Positions 19,109 to 28,491 of a stretch of DNA of 64,000 nucleotides are shown piece after piece; the first letter of the stretch is position 1; every line of letters begins with the position of its first letter. The DNA comes from Curvibacter sp. AEP1-3 (lineage in GTDB: Bacteria > Pseudomonadota > Gammaproteobacteria > Burkholderiales > Burkholderiaceae_C). Under the pieces are notes generated by a model. That model saw only the letters and a list, made by a program, of their open reading frames with translations. It did not search any database and was not told the origin of the DNA. A program made the position numbers and the translations under genes. The stretch is taken from assembly GCA_943372765.1 (NCBI GenBank), contig CALRZY010000011.1, positions 7,412-71,411 of the forward strand. Direction: 5' to 3'.

Positions 19109-19810
19109 ATGCTGACCGTACGCAAATCGCAGGACCGCGGCTACGCCGATCACGGCTGGCTCAAGTCCTTCCACAGCTTTTCCTTTGCCGGTTATTACGA
19201 CCCGCAGCACATGGGCTGGGGCAATCTGCGCGTGATCAACGAGGACCGCATCGCCCCGGGCACTGGCTTCGGCACGCACGGCCACCGCGACATGGAGATC
19301 ATCAGCTACGTGCTGTCCGGCGAACTCGCGCACAAGGACAACATGGGCAACGGCCGTGCCATCCCTCCGGGCGACGTGCAGCGCATGAGCGCCGGCAACG
19401 GTGTGATGCACAGCGAGTACAACCACGCGCCGCAGGACACCACGCACTTCTTCCAGATCTGGATCGAGCCCAATGTGCGTGGCATCCCGGCCAGCTACGA
19501 GCAGAAGACCTTTGCCACGCCCGAGAAGCGCGGCGCGCTGCGCCTGGTGGCCTCGCCCGACGGGGCGCAGGGCTCGGTGACGGTGCATGCCGATGCGCGC
19601 CTGTATGCCGGCCTGTTCGACGGCAGCGAAAGCGCCACGCTGCCCCTGGATCCGACGCGCAAGAGTTATGTGCACCTGGTACGCGGCGAACTCGACGTCA
19701 ATGGCCAACGGCTTGCCGGTGGCGATGCTGCTCTGCTGGCCGGCGAAAGCCGCATCGAGCTCAAGGCGGGCAAGGACGCCGAAGTGCTGGTCTTCGACCT
19801 GGCCGACTGA
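19109..19810 (+). CDS. Pirin-family protein (YhhW-like, bicupin)
   Basis: MLTVRKSQDRGYADHGWLKSFHSFSFAGYYDP...GFGTHGHRDMEIISYVLSGELAHKD. The ATG at 19109 is preceded by ggaagga. The track ORF starting at 19007 is over-extended. Confidence 0.9.
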   Translation: MLTVRKSQDRGYADHGWLKSFHSFSFAGYYDPQHMGWGNLRVINEDRIAPGTGFGTHGHRDMEIISYVLSGELAHKDNMGNGRAIPPGDVQRMSAGNGVMHSEYNHAPQDTTHFFQIWIEPNVRGIPASYEQKTFATPEKRGALRLVASPDGAQGSVTVHADARLYAGLFDGSESATLPLDPTRKSYVHLVRGELDVNGQRLAGGDAALLAGESRIELKAGKDAEVLVFDLAD

Positions 19811-19847
19811 TTTTTTTCCTTTCATCTTTCTTCACAGGAGTTATCTC

Positions 19848-20402
19848 ATGGCAAAAGTCGCTGTTGTTTTTCATTCGGGTTACGGTCACACCCAGCGCAT
19901 GGCGCAAGCCGTGGCCGAGGGCGCGAACGCGCAGCTGGTCGCCATCGACGCCGAGGGCAATCTGCCCGAGGGTGGCTGGGAGACGCTGGCCGCTGCTGAC
20001 GCCATCATCATGGGCAGCCCGACCTACATGGGTTCCGTGAGCTGGCAGTTCAAGAAGTTCGCCGATGCTTCCAGCAAGCAGTGGTTCAGCCAGGTCTGGA
20101 AAGACAAGGTCATGGCCGGCTTCACCAACAGCGCCACCATGAACGGTGACAAGCACTCCACCCTGCATTACCTGATCACCCTGGCCATGCAGCATGGCGG
20201 CATCTGGGTCGGCACCGGCATGATGCCCAGCAACGCCAAGGCCTCGCAGCGCAATGACCTGAACTACGTGGGCTCCTCGGCCGGCGCCATGGCCGCCACA
20301 CCGTCGGACGCCTCCGTGGCCGAGATGCTGCCGGGCGACCTGGAAACCGCCAAGCAGTTCGGCCAGCGCGTGGCAGCGGTTACCGCCAAGATCCGCGGCT
20401 GA
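19848..20402 (+). CDS. Flavodoxin-like NAD(P)H:quinone oxidoreductase (WrbA-like)
   Basis: 184 aa starting at the ATG at 19848, with the RBS caggag upstream. The sequence reads MAKVAVVFHSGYGHTQRMAQAV...IIMGSPTYMGSVSWQFKKFAD. Confidence 0.85.
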   Translation: MAKVAVVFHSGYGHTQRMAQAVAEGANAQLVAIDAEGNLPEGGWETLAAADAIIMGSPTYMGSVSWQFKKFADASSKQWFSQVWKDKVMAGFTNSATMNGDKHSTLHYLITLAMQHGGIWVGTGMMPSNAKASQRNDLNYVGSSAGAMAATPSDASVAEMLPGDLETAKQFGQRVAAVTAKIRG

Positions 20403-20426
20403 TACATTGAGGCCCAGGAGGGCCTG

Positions 20427-21308
20427 ATGACCACACCACAACACATCCTCACCGGCCACCCCAAGGACCTGGGGGGCGGTTTTGTGGTGCGGCGTCTGCT
20501 GCCGGCAGCGGCGCAGCGTTCGGTCGGGCCTTTCATCTTTTTCGACCATTTCGGTCCCGCGCTCGAAACCCCCGAGGCCGAGCACGATGTGCGGCCTCAT
20601 CCGCACATCGGCCTGGCCACGGTGACCTACCTGTTCGAGGGCGCGATGATGCACCGCGACAGCCTCGGTTCCTCGCAGCTGATCGAGCCGGGTGCCATCA
20701 ACTGGATGACGGCCGGGCGTGGCATCGTGCATTCCGAGCGCCGCCCCGATGCGCTGCGCAGCAGCACCTACACCAACCATGGCCTGCAGCTCTGGGTGGC
20801 CCTGCCGCGCGAACATGAGGAGGCCGAGCCTTCGTTCGAGCACACGCCGGCAGCAGTCATTCCCGAAGGGCGGGTCGATGATGCGACGGTGCGCGTGCTG
20901 GTGGGCGAGGCTTCCGGCCTGCGCTCGCCGGTGCACACGCTCATGCCCACGCTTTACCTGGATGTGCAGTTGCCTGCTGGCGGCCGCCTACGGCTGCCCG
21001 CGCTGGCGCCGGAGATGGCGGTCTATGGGGTACAGGGCGCGCTGACCTGCGATGGCCAGGCCGTGCCGGCCTTGCAGATGGCGGTGCTGGGCCCGACCGG
21101 TGCAGAGCTGCTGGCCAGTGAGGACACGCGGCTTGTGGTGATCGGCGGCGCGCCGCTGGATGCGCCGCGTCACATGTGGTGGAACTTTGTCTCCAGCCGC
21201 AAGGAGCGCATCACCCAGGCGGCCGACGACTGGGAGGCCCAGCGCCTGGGCCAGGTGCCGGGTGAGACCGAGTTCATCCCCCTCCCTGAGCGACGCTTCC
21301 TGGCCTGA
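20427..21308 (+). CDS. Pirin-family protein (long form)
   Basis: 293 aa. The sequence reads GGGFVVRRLLP...GPFIFFDHFGP...HPHIGLATVTYLFEGAMMHRDSLG...WMTAGRGIVHSER. Confidence 0.9.
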   Translation: MTTPQHILTGHPKDLGGGFVVRRLLPAAAQRSVGPFIFFDHFGPALETPEAEHDVRPHPHIGLATVTYLFEGAMMHRDSLGSSQLIEPGAINWMTAGRGIVHSERRPDALRSSTYTNHGLQLWVALPREHEEAEPSFEHTPAAVIPEGRVDDATVRVLVGEASGLRSPVHTLMPTLYLDVQLPAGGRLRLPALAPEMAVYGVQGALTCDGQAVPALQMAVLGPTGAELLASEDTRLVVIGGAPLDAPRHMWWNFVSSRKERITQAADDWEAQRLGQVPGETEFIPLPERRFLA

Positions 21309-21338
21309 AAAACGAGGCCCGGGCCTTGCGGCCCTTGA

Positions 21339-23300
21339 TCAGCTGGTGATCTTGAACACGCTGACCATCTCGTTGAGACGGTTGGCCTGATCGCGCAGGC
21401 TGGCCGCCGCCGCGGCCGATTCCTCGACCAGGGCCGAGTTCTGCTGCGTCATCTGGTCGATGCCCGTGATCGAGTCGTTGACGCGGGCGATGCCCGAGGA
21501 CTGCTCCACCGTGGCCGCGCTGATCTCGCCGATCAGGTCGGTCACGCGCCGGACCTGGGCCACGATCTCGCCCATGGTGTTGCCGGCGTCGCCCACCAGG
21601 TGCGAGCCCTTGTCCACCTGCCCCACGCTGTCTGAGATCAGGGCCTTGATCTCCTTGGCCGCCTCGGCGCTGCGCTGCGCCAGCAGACGCACTTCACCGG
21701 CCACCACGGCAAACCCACGGCCCTGCTCACCGGCGCGCGCGGCTTCCACCGCGGCGTTGAGCGCGAGGATGTTGGTCTGGAAGGCGATGCCGTCGATGAC
21801 ACCGATGATGTCGTTGATCTTCTTCGAAGCGTGCTGGATGCCCGCCATGGTGCTCACAACCTCTCCCACGGCCTGGCCGCCGCGCGCGGCCACCTCGGAC
21901 GCGGTGGCCGCCAGCTGCGAGGCCTGGCGCGCGTTGTCGGCACTGTGCTGCACGGTCTGCGTGAGGCTGCCCATGGCCGAGGCGGTCTGCTCCAGCGAAC
22001 CGGCCTGCTGCTCCGTGCGCTGGCTGAGATCGGCATTGCCCTGGGCGATTTCCGAGGAGGCGGTGGCGATGGACTCGGCCGCCCCCTTGACGTTGCTGAT
22101 GATGCCCACCAGGGAGCGGTCGGCGCGGCGCAGGTCGTCCATCAGGTCGGCGAATTCGTCGCGCGTCGATGGCTCGGGCACGGTGCCCAGCTCGCCCGCG
22201 GCAATCGCGCGACCGGCCTGCTTGGCCTGCTGCATGGCGCCGGTGATGCCGTAGTACATGCCCATATAGAGGTAGATCGAGACCAGGATTGCCAGGCTAA
22301 GGAGTATGCCCAGCAGGTTGCGTTTGGTGGCAGCACTGTTGGAGCGCTCGACCAGCAGTTCATCCATGACCTTGCGGTTGGCCTCCACCAACGCCCAGGC
22401 CGCATCGATGGTGGCCTGGGCCGCCTGGCTGGCCTGTTGCTGGGTGACGCTGACGTTGTCCTGGGTGGTGAAGTTCTTGCGCGTGTAGGCGATGAACTCC
22501 TTGGCGCTGGACTTGAGCGTGTCGAAGTTCTTGCTGAGCTTCTTCTCCACGTCGGGGTTGGCCTTCATTGCCTGGGACAGCATGGTCTCGACCGTGCCGA
22601 AGGTGTCGCTCAGGCGCGCCTCGGTCACCTCGTAGAACACCTTGTCCGCGGGCTTGATGTCGCCGCGCGAGACGTTCAGCGTCGAGTAGGCGGCCATGCG
22701 CACGGCGATGCCGGCCGTGCTGGGCGTGTTGTTGGCCAGGGGGTAGCCCAGGTAGAACAGGTCCAGGTCCGGGTCCAGCGACATGCGCGAGCGGTTGCCC
22801 ATGTCGCGCATGAAGGCGTACAGGCGGCCGTACTCAGGGGCATGGGCGCCAAAAGCCTTCTGTGCGAAGTCGGCGTCCAGTGGGAGCGCGTCGACCTTCT
22901 TCTGCAGTTCGACCCAGCCGTCCTGCAGGCCCTTGTATTCCTTGCTCATGTCGAACCAGGGGGAGGAGGCTTTCACGCCGTCCTCGATGCGCTTGAGCAC
23001 GGCGTCCACGGCCTTGGCGTTGTCCTTGAAGCGCTGGCGCACGGCGGTGTCGCCCGGGGCGGCCGTGATGGTGATGCGCCGGCTCTCGATCAGCACCTTG
23101 TTCCATTCGACCAGGTCGGCCATCAGGGCGACGGCGGCGCGTTCCGAGGCGATCATGCTCACGCGGGACTGCAGGGCCGAGAGCTGGGAGATGCCCATGT
23201 AGACCAGCAGGGCCAGGGCCACGAGGCCGGAGAGTGCGAACTTGTAGCTGAAGCGCAGGCGCGCCATCAGGGCGGTGGCGGGCCCGAAAAAACCGGTCAT
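21339..23300 (-). CDS. Methyl-accepting chemotaxis protein with a large (about 285-aa) helical periplasmic ligand-binding domain
   Basis: 653 aa. Two TM segments flank a long helical periplasmic region, followed by a HAMP-like linker. The signalling hairpin is [40 protein letters not shown]. There is no C-terminal pentapeptide. The start overlaps the upstream stop (ATGA at 23297-23300). Confidence 0.9.
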   Translation of the reverse strand: MTGFFGPATALMARLRFSYKFALSGLVALALLVYMGISQLSALQSRVSMIASERAAVALMADLVEWNKVLIESRRITITAAPGDTAVRQRFKDNAKAVDAVLKRIEDGVKASSPWFDMSKEYKGLQDGWVELQKKVDALPLDADFAQKAFGAHAPEYGRLYAFMRDMGNRSRMSLDPDLDLFYLGYPLANNTPSTAGIAVRMAAYSTLNVSRGDIKPADKVFYEVTEARLSDTFGTVETMLSQAMKANPDVEKKLSKNFDTLKSSAKEFIAYTRKNFTTQDNVSVTQQQASQAAQATIDAAWALVEANRKVMDELLVERSNSAATKRNLLGILLSLAILVSIYLYMGMYYGITGAMQQAKQAGRAIAAGELGTVPEPSTRDEFADLMDDLRRADRSLVGIISNVKGAAESIATASSEIAQGNADLSQRTEQQAGSLEQTASAMGSLTQTVQHSADNARQASQLAATASEVAARGGQAVGEVVSTMAGIQHASKKINDIIGVIDGIAFQTNILALNAAVEAARAGEQGRGFAVVAGEVRLLAQRSAEAAKEIKALISDSVGQVDKGSHLVGDAGNTMGEIVAQVRRVTDLIGEISAATVEQSSGIARVNDSITGIDQMTQQNSALVEESAAAAASLRDQANRLNEMVSVFKITS

Positions 23301-26014
23301 GGGGAAGACTCCTGGGAAAGCGGATGCGTTTGATGAACGAGATCGACCAGATCGGCCAAAGCTTGAGGCCGGGCATAGAAATAACCCTGGAAGAGCTGGC
23401 AGCCCTGTTGCCGCAGGATGTCGCGCTGGGCTTCGGTTTCCACGCCTTCGGCGATCACCTCCAGCCCCAGGCTCTGGCCCAGGGCGATGATGGTCTGGGT
23501 GATGACCACGTCATTCGGGTCGGTCTGCAGGTCGCGCACGAAGGAGGCGTCGATCTTGAGCTGCTGGATGGGCAGGCGCTTGAGGTAGCTCAGCGAGGAG
23601 TAGCCGGTGCCGAAGTCGTCCAGCGCGAACTGCACGCCCAGCGCCACCAGCCGGCGCATCTTGTGCGTGGCGTCGTCGATGTTGTGCGCCAGCACGCTTT
23701 CGGTCAGCTCCAGCTGCAGGCGGCTGGCGTCGGCGCCGGTGGCCATGAGCACCGAGGTGACAGTCTCGACGAAGTTGGCCTGCAGCAACTGGTGCGCACA
23801 GAGGTTGACCGATACCACCAGCTCGCCCAGCACGGGCTGGCCGCGCCAGCGCTCGATCTGCTGGCAGACGTGTTCGAGCACCCACTGGCCCAGCGGCAGG
23901 ATCAGGCCCGTTTCCTCGGCCAGGGGGATGAACTGCCCCGGCATGACCAGGCCGCGCTGCGGATGCAGCCAGCGCACCAGGGCCTCGGCCCCGACCATGC
24001 GACCGCTGCTGTCGAACTGTGGCTGGTAGAACACGCGGAACTGCTGCAGGGCCAGGGCCTGGTTCAGTTCGGCTTCCAGGGCCACGCGCTGGCTGAGGTG
24101 GGCGGCGATGTCGTGGTCGAAGAAGCGGATGGCGTTGCGCCCACTGGCCTTGGCCTCGTACATGGCGATGTCGGCGCGCTTGAGCAGCTCATCTGCGCCG
24201 GTGTCCGGGCCGTCGAACAGGGCCACGCCGACGCTGACCGAGATCTGGTGGTACTGGCTGTCGATGCCGAAGGGCTCTTGCATGCTGCTGCGCAGCTTCT
24301 CGGCCAGGCTGCGCGCCTGGGCGCTGGCGCGCTCGGTATCGGGGTCGAGGCCCTCCAGCAGCACCGCGAATTCGTCACCGCCGGTATGCGCCACCAGGCC
24401 CTGGTCGCCGACGATGCGCAGCATGCGCCCGGCCACGGCCTGCAAGAGCGCGTCGCCGACCTTGTGGCCCAGGGTGTCGTTGAGCTGCTTGAAGCGGTCC
24501 AGGTCGGAGAACAGCAGGGCGCCGCGGCCGCCCGCGCTGTTGCGCCCCAGGCTTTGCTGCAGGCGTTCGAACAGCAGGCGGCGGTTGGGCAGGCCGGTGA
24601 GGGCGTCGTGGTAGGCCAAGTGGTAGACGTGTTCGCTGTGGGCCTTGCGCTCGGAGATGTCGGAGAACACCGTCACGGTGCGCACGAAGCGGTCCTTGCG
24701 CCGCACCGGGCGGCTGCTGACCTCGACCGGGAAGGTCTTGCCGCTGGCGCTGACGAAGACGTTTTCGCCTTCGTAGGGCTGTTGCCAGCGCTGCGGGTCG
24801 AGCAACGGGTTCACGCCGCCCAGGTGGTGCGGCTGGCTCGCGGGCGAGAGGATCAGCGGCAGCAGCTGCTGGCCCAGAAGGGCCTCGCGCGGGTAGCCCA
24901 GCAGGCGACAGGCCGCGCGGTTGACGTAAGTCGCCTTGCCCTGGCGGTCCAGCACGAACATGCCTTCACCCATGGCGTTGCTGAACGAGTCCATGCGCTG
25001 GCGCAGCCAGGTCTCGCGCAGCGCCATGAGCAGCATGAGCAGCAGCGTCAGGGTGGCGCTGGCGATCAGCAGCCGGTGCTGGTGCCAGATGTCGGACCAG
25101 CTGACCGGTTGCGGTCGGTCGAAAGGCGGCTGGCGCATGTCGCGCATCAGGGTGCGCACCGCTTCGTAGTCGGCCGGAATGGCAAAACCATAGAGCCCCA
25201 AGCTGCGGGCCAGCTCGCTGCCCTGCGGCACCGAGAGCAGCGCGCCGGCCACGCGCACCGCGATGCCCTCGCTGAGGTGGGGCATGGCCACCACCGGCCA
25301 TTCCGGGTAGAGGCGGGTGGATAGCGCAAAGGGGTAACCCGGGTAGTTCTGCGTGTTCAGCACCTTGACCTGCTGCAGGTCCAGCTGGCCCTCACGCGCC
25401 ATTTGCTCGATCAGACCGGTGCGCACGTAGGCGGCGTCGGCCAGCCGGTCCACCAAGGCCTGCACGGTCAGGTCCTGTGGCACACCGGTTTCCAGGATCT
25501 CTCGCGGCTGGACGCCAGCGCGCGCCAGTTCACCGGCCTGGATCTGGTAGGCACCAAAGGACAGGATGTTGGGCACGGCGATGCGCTTGCCCTGCAGGTC
25601 GCGCAGCTCACGCAGGTCGGCACGGTCACTGCGCGCCAGGATCACGCCGCCCATGGCCCGCACCGGCTGGCCCTGTTCGAGTCCGATCAGGGTGGCCAGG
25701 GGCGAGGACAGCCCGTTCTCATGCACCAGTCGCACGTATTCCGCCGGTTGCGTGATGAGCACGTCCACCGCCTGCTGGCGCAGGGCCTCCTGCTGTTCCG
25801 GGTAGTTGTAGATCTGCAGCACGAAACGGGCTTCGGGCACGCTGCGGTTGAGGTATTCGGTCAGCGGGCGCCACTGGGCCTGGGCGATGGCCTTGGGCCG
25901 GAAGGACAGCACGCCGAGATTGACCACCGCCTCCTGGGCCTGCGCCGTCAGGGCGGCCAGCAGCAGCGCGGCGAGCGCGAAGCATCGGGGTGAGAGGTGG
26001 TGGTGGCCGCTCAT
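23297..26014 (-). CDS. Periplasmic binding-protein domain (PhnD-like) with TM, PAS, GGDEF and EAL: a c-di-GMP enzyme
   Basis: 905 aa. A signal peptide is followed by [26 protein letters not shown]..., a phosphonate-binding-like fold, then a TM segment and a PAS domain. The GGDEF motif is intact (HTGGDEF) but no RxxD I-site is visible. The EAL motifs [21 protein letters not shown] and EGVET are present. Confidence 0.9.
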   Translation of the reverse strand: MSGHHHLSPRCFALAALLLAALTAQAQEAVVNLGVLSFRPKAIAQAQWRPLTEYLNRSVPEARFVLQIYNYPEQQEALRQQAVDVLITQPAEYVRLVHENGLSSPLATLIGLEQGQPVRAMGGVILARSDRADLRELRDLQGKRIAVPNILSFGAYQIQAGELARAGVQPREILETGVPQDLTVQALVDRLADAAYVRTGLIEQMAREGQLDLQQVKVLNTQNYPGYPFALSTRLYPEWPVVAMPHLSEGIAVRVAGALLSVPQGSELARSLGLYGFAIPADYEAVRTLMRDMRQPPFDRPQPVSWSDIWHQHRLLIASATLTLLLMLLMALRETWLRQRMDSFSNAMGEGMFVLDRQGKATYVNRAACRLLGYPREALLGQQLLPLILSPASQPHHLGGVNPLLDPQRWQQPYEGENVFVSASGKTFPVEVSSRPVRRKDRFVRTVTVFSDISERKAHSEHVYHLAYHDALTGLPNRRLLFERLQQSLGRNSAGGRGALLFSDLDRFKQLNDTLGHKVGDALLQAVAGRMLRIVGDQGLVAHTGGDEFAVLLEGLDPDTERASAQARSLAEKLRSSMQEPFGIDSQYHQISVSVGVALFDGPDTGADELLKRADIAMYEAKASGRNAIRFFDHDIAAHLSQRVALEAELNQALALQQFRVFYQPQFDSSGRMVGAEALVRWLHPQRGLVMPGQFIPLAEETGLILPLGQWVLEHVCQQIERWRGQPVLGELVVSVNLCAHQLLQANFVETVTSVLMATGADASRLQLELTESVLAHNIDDATHKMRRLVALGVQFALDDFGTGYSSLSYLKRLPIQQLKIDASFVRDLQTDPNDVVITQTIIALGQSLGLEVIAEGVETEAQRDILRQQGCQLFQGYFYARPQALADLVDLVHQTHPLSQESSP

Positions 26015-27048
26015 GTCTTGGGGAGGTAGAGGCTGGACACCAGATGCTTGGGGTTCACGGGCCGCTGCAGGAGGCCGGCCTGCTGCATGAGGGGGGAGAG
26101 TCTCAGGGACGCCTGCAGGAGGGGGCTGTTGGCGCCCGCGAGATAACTCAGGTTGCCGACCCGGTCCGGCAGTTCCAGTCCGCGCAGCGAGTCGATCAGG
26201 GCCTCGGCGCTGATCTGCAGCCGCGGGGCCACACGGTAGGCCGCGTCCCAGGGGTTTTGCCGCAGATAGGCCAGGGCCTTGAAATAGCCTTCCAGGCAGG
26301 CACGCAGGCTGTCGGCGTGCCGTTCCAGCACCTCGCTGCGCATGGCCAGCACGTCGAAGACGGTGTCAGGCAGCTGGCGGGTGCTCAGCAGCTGGCGGGC
26401 CCCGCTGGCCATCAGCTTGCCGGCCACCGGCTCGTAGGTGATCAGGGCGTCGACCTGCTGGCGCGCCCAGGCCGTTTCGTGCTGCTCGTAAGCAACGTGA
26501 ACCACAGTGATGTCCTGGCGCTGCAGGCCGGCTTTCTCCAGGATCAGCGTGAGCAGCAGCGCACCCAGGGCCGAATCCTCGACGCCGATGCGATGCCTGC
26601 GCAGGGCGGCCAGGTCGCGCAGGCCGGGACGGGCCAGCAGCATGTCGGCGCCGCGGGAGACGTCGAACACCAGCACGATCTGCAGCGCGAGGCCCTGGTC
26701 GCGCAGCTTGAGAACTTCGTCCAGCGTGAGCATGCCGCCATCGACCTGGCCATCACGCACGAGCTGGATCGACTCCTGGGTGGTGCTCGCATCCTTCAGC
26801 GCGATGCCGGCTGGCAAATAACCCAGCGTGCGTGCCAGGAACATGGGTTCGTAGCCGGGCCAGGGATGGCCGGCCAGCTGCATGGGATTTCGGCTGTCAC
26901 CGCAGGCACCCAAGGCCCAGGGTAGGAGCGCGCCCGCCAGCAGGTGACGCCGCCGCCGCGATGGCAGGGCGCGGGCTGTTCCGGGTGCGGTGGAGACGAC
27001 GCGCGGCATGAGCATGGGCTGGATGGGAGCCGTTCCATCGTATGTCAA
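26011..27048 (-). CDS. NMT1/NitT-TauT-type periplasmic solute-binding protein (probable Tat-exported lipoprotein)
   Basis: 345 aa. The N-terminus (SRRRRHLLAGALLPWALGAC) looks like a twin-arginine signal plus a lipobox. The mature part begins LAGHPWPGYEPMFLARTLGYLPAG, typical of NMT1-like binding proteins. The exact start is uncertain. The stop overlaps the next start (ATGA at 26011-26014). Confidence 0.8.
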   Translation of the reverse strand: MTYDGTAPIQPMLMPRVVSTAPGTARALPSRRRRHLLAGALLPWALGACGDSRNPMQLAGHPWPGYEPMFLARTLGYLPAGIALKDASTTQESIQLVRDGQVDGGMLTLDEVLKLRDQGLALQIVLVFDVSRGADMLLARPGLRDLAALRRHRIGVEDSALGALLLTLILEKAGLQRQDITVVHVAYEQHETAWARQQVDALITYEPVAGKLMASGARQLLSTRQLPDTVFDVLAMRSEVLERHADSLRACLEGYFKALAYLRQNPWDAAYRVAPRLQISAEALIDSLRGLELPDRVGNLSYLAGANSPLLQASLRLSPLMQQAGLLQRPVNPKHLVSSLYLPKT

Positions 27049-27094
27049 AACCCCACATCACTCTAGGGACCAGGGCAGCGGGGTGATGAATAAG

Positions 27095-27832
27095 TCACTG
27101 TTTGGTGGCGTTCAGGTCACTGCCCAGGGCTTCGCGCTCGTCGAACACAAAACAGCTGCCCCGAAAGTGTGCACCGCCGGTCTCTTCGAAGTACTTGAGG
27201 ATGCCGCCTTCAAGCTGGTAGACCTGCTCCAGTCCGGCCTCCTGCATGAGCAGGGCCGCTTTTTCGCAGCGTATGCCGCCGGTGCAGAAACTCACCACAG
27301 TCTTGCCTTCCAGCTCGGCCCGGTGCGCGTGCAGCGCGGCGGGGAAGTCGGAGAACTTGTGGATGCGCCAGTCGATGGCGCCGTCGAAGGTACCGTGGTC
27401 GACCTCGAAGGCGTTGCGCGTGTCCAGTGTCACCACCGGGCGCCCGCTGTCGTCATGCCCCTGGTCCAGCCAGCGCCGCACGGTGGCGGCGGGCACCGCG
27501 GGCGCGCGCCCCTGCGCCGGGCGGATGGTGGGGTGGTTCATGCGGATGATCTCGCGCTTGACCTTGACCAGCATCTTGCGAAAGGGCTGGCGGGCCGACC
27601 AGCTTTCCTTCGGCACCAGGTCGGCCAGGCGCGGGTCCTGGTGCAGCGCGGCCACGAAGGCGCGGACCGCCGGCGCCGGGCCCGCCAGGAACAGGTTGAT
27701 CCCTTCCTCGGCCAGCAACACCGTGCCCCTGAGCCCCAGGTCACCGGCAAGCAGGTGCAGGCGTTCGCGCAGCACCTGCGCGTCGGGCAGGGGGACGAAT
27801 TTGTAGGCGGAGATGTTGAGGATGTCGTTCAC
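27095..27832 (-). CDS. trhO: Rhodanese-domain tRNA uridine(34) hydroxylase TrhO (YceA/UPF0176)
   Basis: 245 aa with a GTG start. The sequence reads ISAYKFVPL...[16 protein letters not shown]...[35 protein letters not shown]. Confidence 0.85.
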   Translation of the reverse strand: MNDILNISAYKFVPLPDAQVLRERLHLLAGDLGLRGTVLLAEEGINLFLAGPAPAVRAFVAALHQDPRLADLVPKESWSARQPFRKMLVKVKREIIRMNHPTIRPAQGRAPAVPAATVRRWLDQGHDDSGRPVVTLDTRNAFEVDHGTFDGAIDWRIHKFSDFPAALHAHRAELEGKTVVSFCTGGIRCEKAALLMQEAGLEQVYQLEGGILKYFEETGGAHFRGSCFVFDEREALGSDLNATKQ

Positions 27833-27888
27833 GGGACTGATTTTAGTTTTTTGCTTTTAACTACGGATTGATCTTTTGTCGAAGCGTT

Positions 27889-28458
27889 GCCGGGATGTGC
27901 CCCCGGCGGGGCAGTAACTTTCTTTTGCTTCGCCAAAAGAAAGTCACCAAAGGTCACGCAGTGGGACTTTGCTCACTCCGCGCAGCGAAGTTATGCAAAG
28001 GCCAAAAGGCGACCCTGGTGTCTGTGACCCCGGCTGCGCCGGGGCAACCTGCGATGCTCGCGTCAGGCGGGATCCGCGCAAACTCGCTGCGCTCAAACAT
28101 GCGCGGATCTTTATCCGCCTGCCGCTGCGCTTCTCGGCACATGCACAAGGGAACCCGGAAATCGGACAGCCAAACCCACAAGGACGCGCCACGGCGCGTC
28201 CTTGTAGGTTTGAGGTTGGGTGTCCGGTCTCCGGTTTGCAGTGCCGTGAGAGGAGGCGAGTAGCGCAGGCCAGGGCGGAAAAAGAAGTGCAGATGTCTGA
28301 GCCCGAAGGGCGAGTTTCTGCACTTCCCGCACTGGCCGAGCAACGCAGCGTGCCCGCAGCGCAGCGGAGGGACGACGAACCCGGCTGCCCTTCTCTTTGC
28401 CTACTTTCTCTTGGGCACGCAAGAGAAAGTAGGTGCGCTGCCGGGCGCACATCCCGGC
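27889..28458. repeat. 570-bp non-coding composite inverted-repeat element (MITE/REP-like) with about 55-bp imperfect terminal inverted repeats and several internal hairpins
   Basis: The left end reads gccgggatgtgcccccggcggggcagtaactttcttttgcttcgccaaaagaaagt. The reverse complement of the right end reads gccgggatgtgcgcccggcagcgcacctactttctcttgcgtgcccaagagaaagtag. Internal hairpins occur at 27917-27944 (10-bp stem), 28071-28109 (10-bp stem), 28178-28205 (12-bp stem), 28284-28326 (9-bp stem) and 28401-28432 (12-bp stem). The left and right halves carry homologous units in opposite orientation. Confidence 0.6.
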
Positions 28459-28491
28459 GAGTCGCCTCGCCAGCAAGGCAGGCCAAAGAAG

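Noticed and set aside
27889-28458. The possibility that the repeat-rich spacer is a CRISPR array.
   Set aside because: The repeats are inverted rather than direct, are not regularly spaced, and are not separated by unique spacers of uniform length. No cas genes occur in the window.
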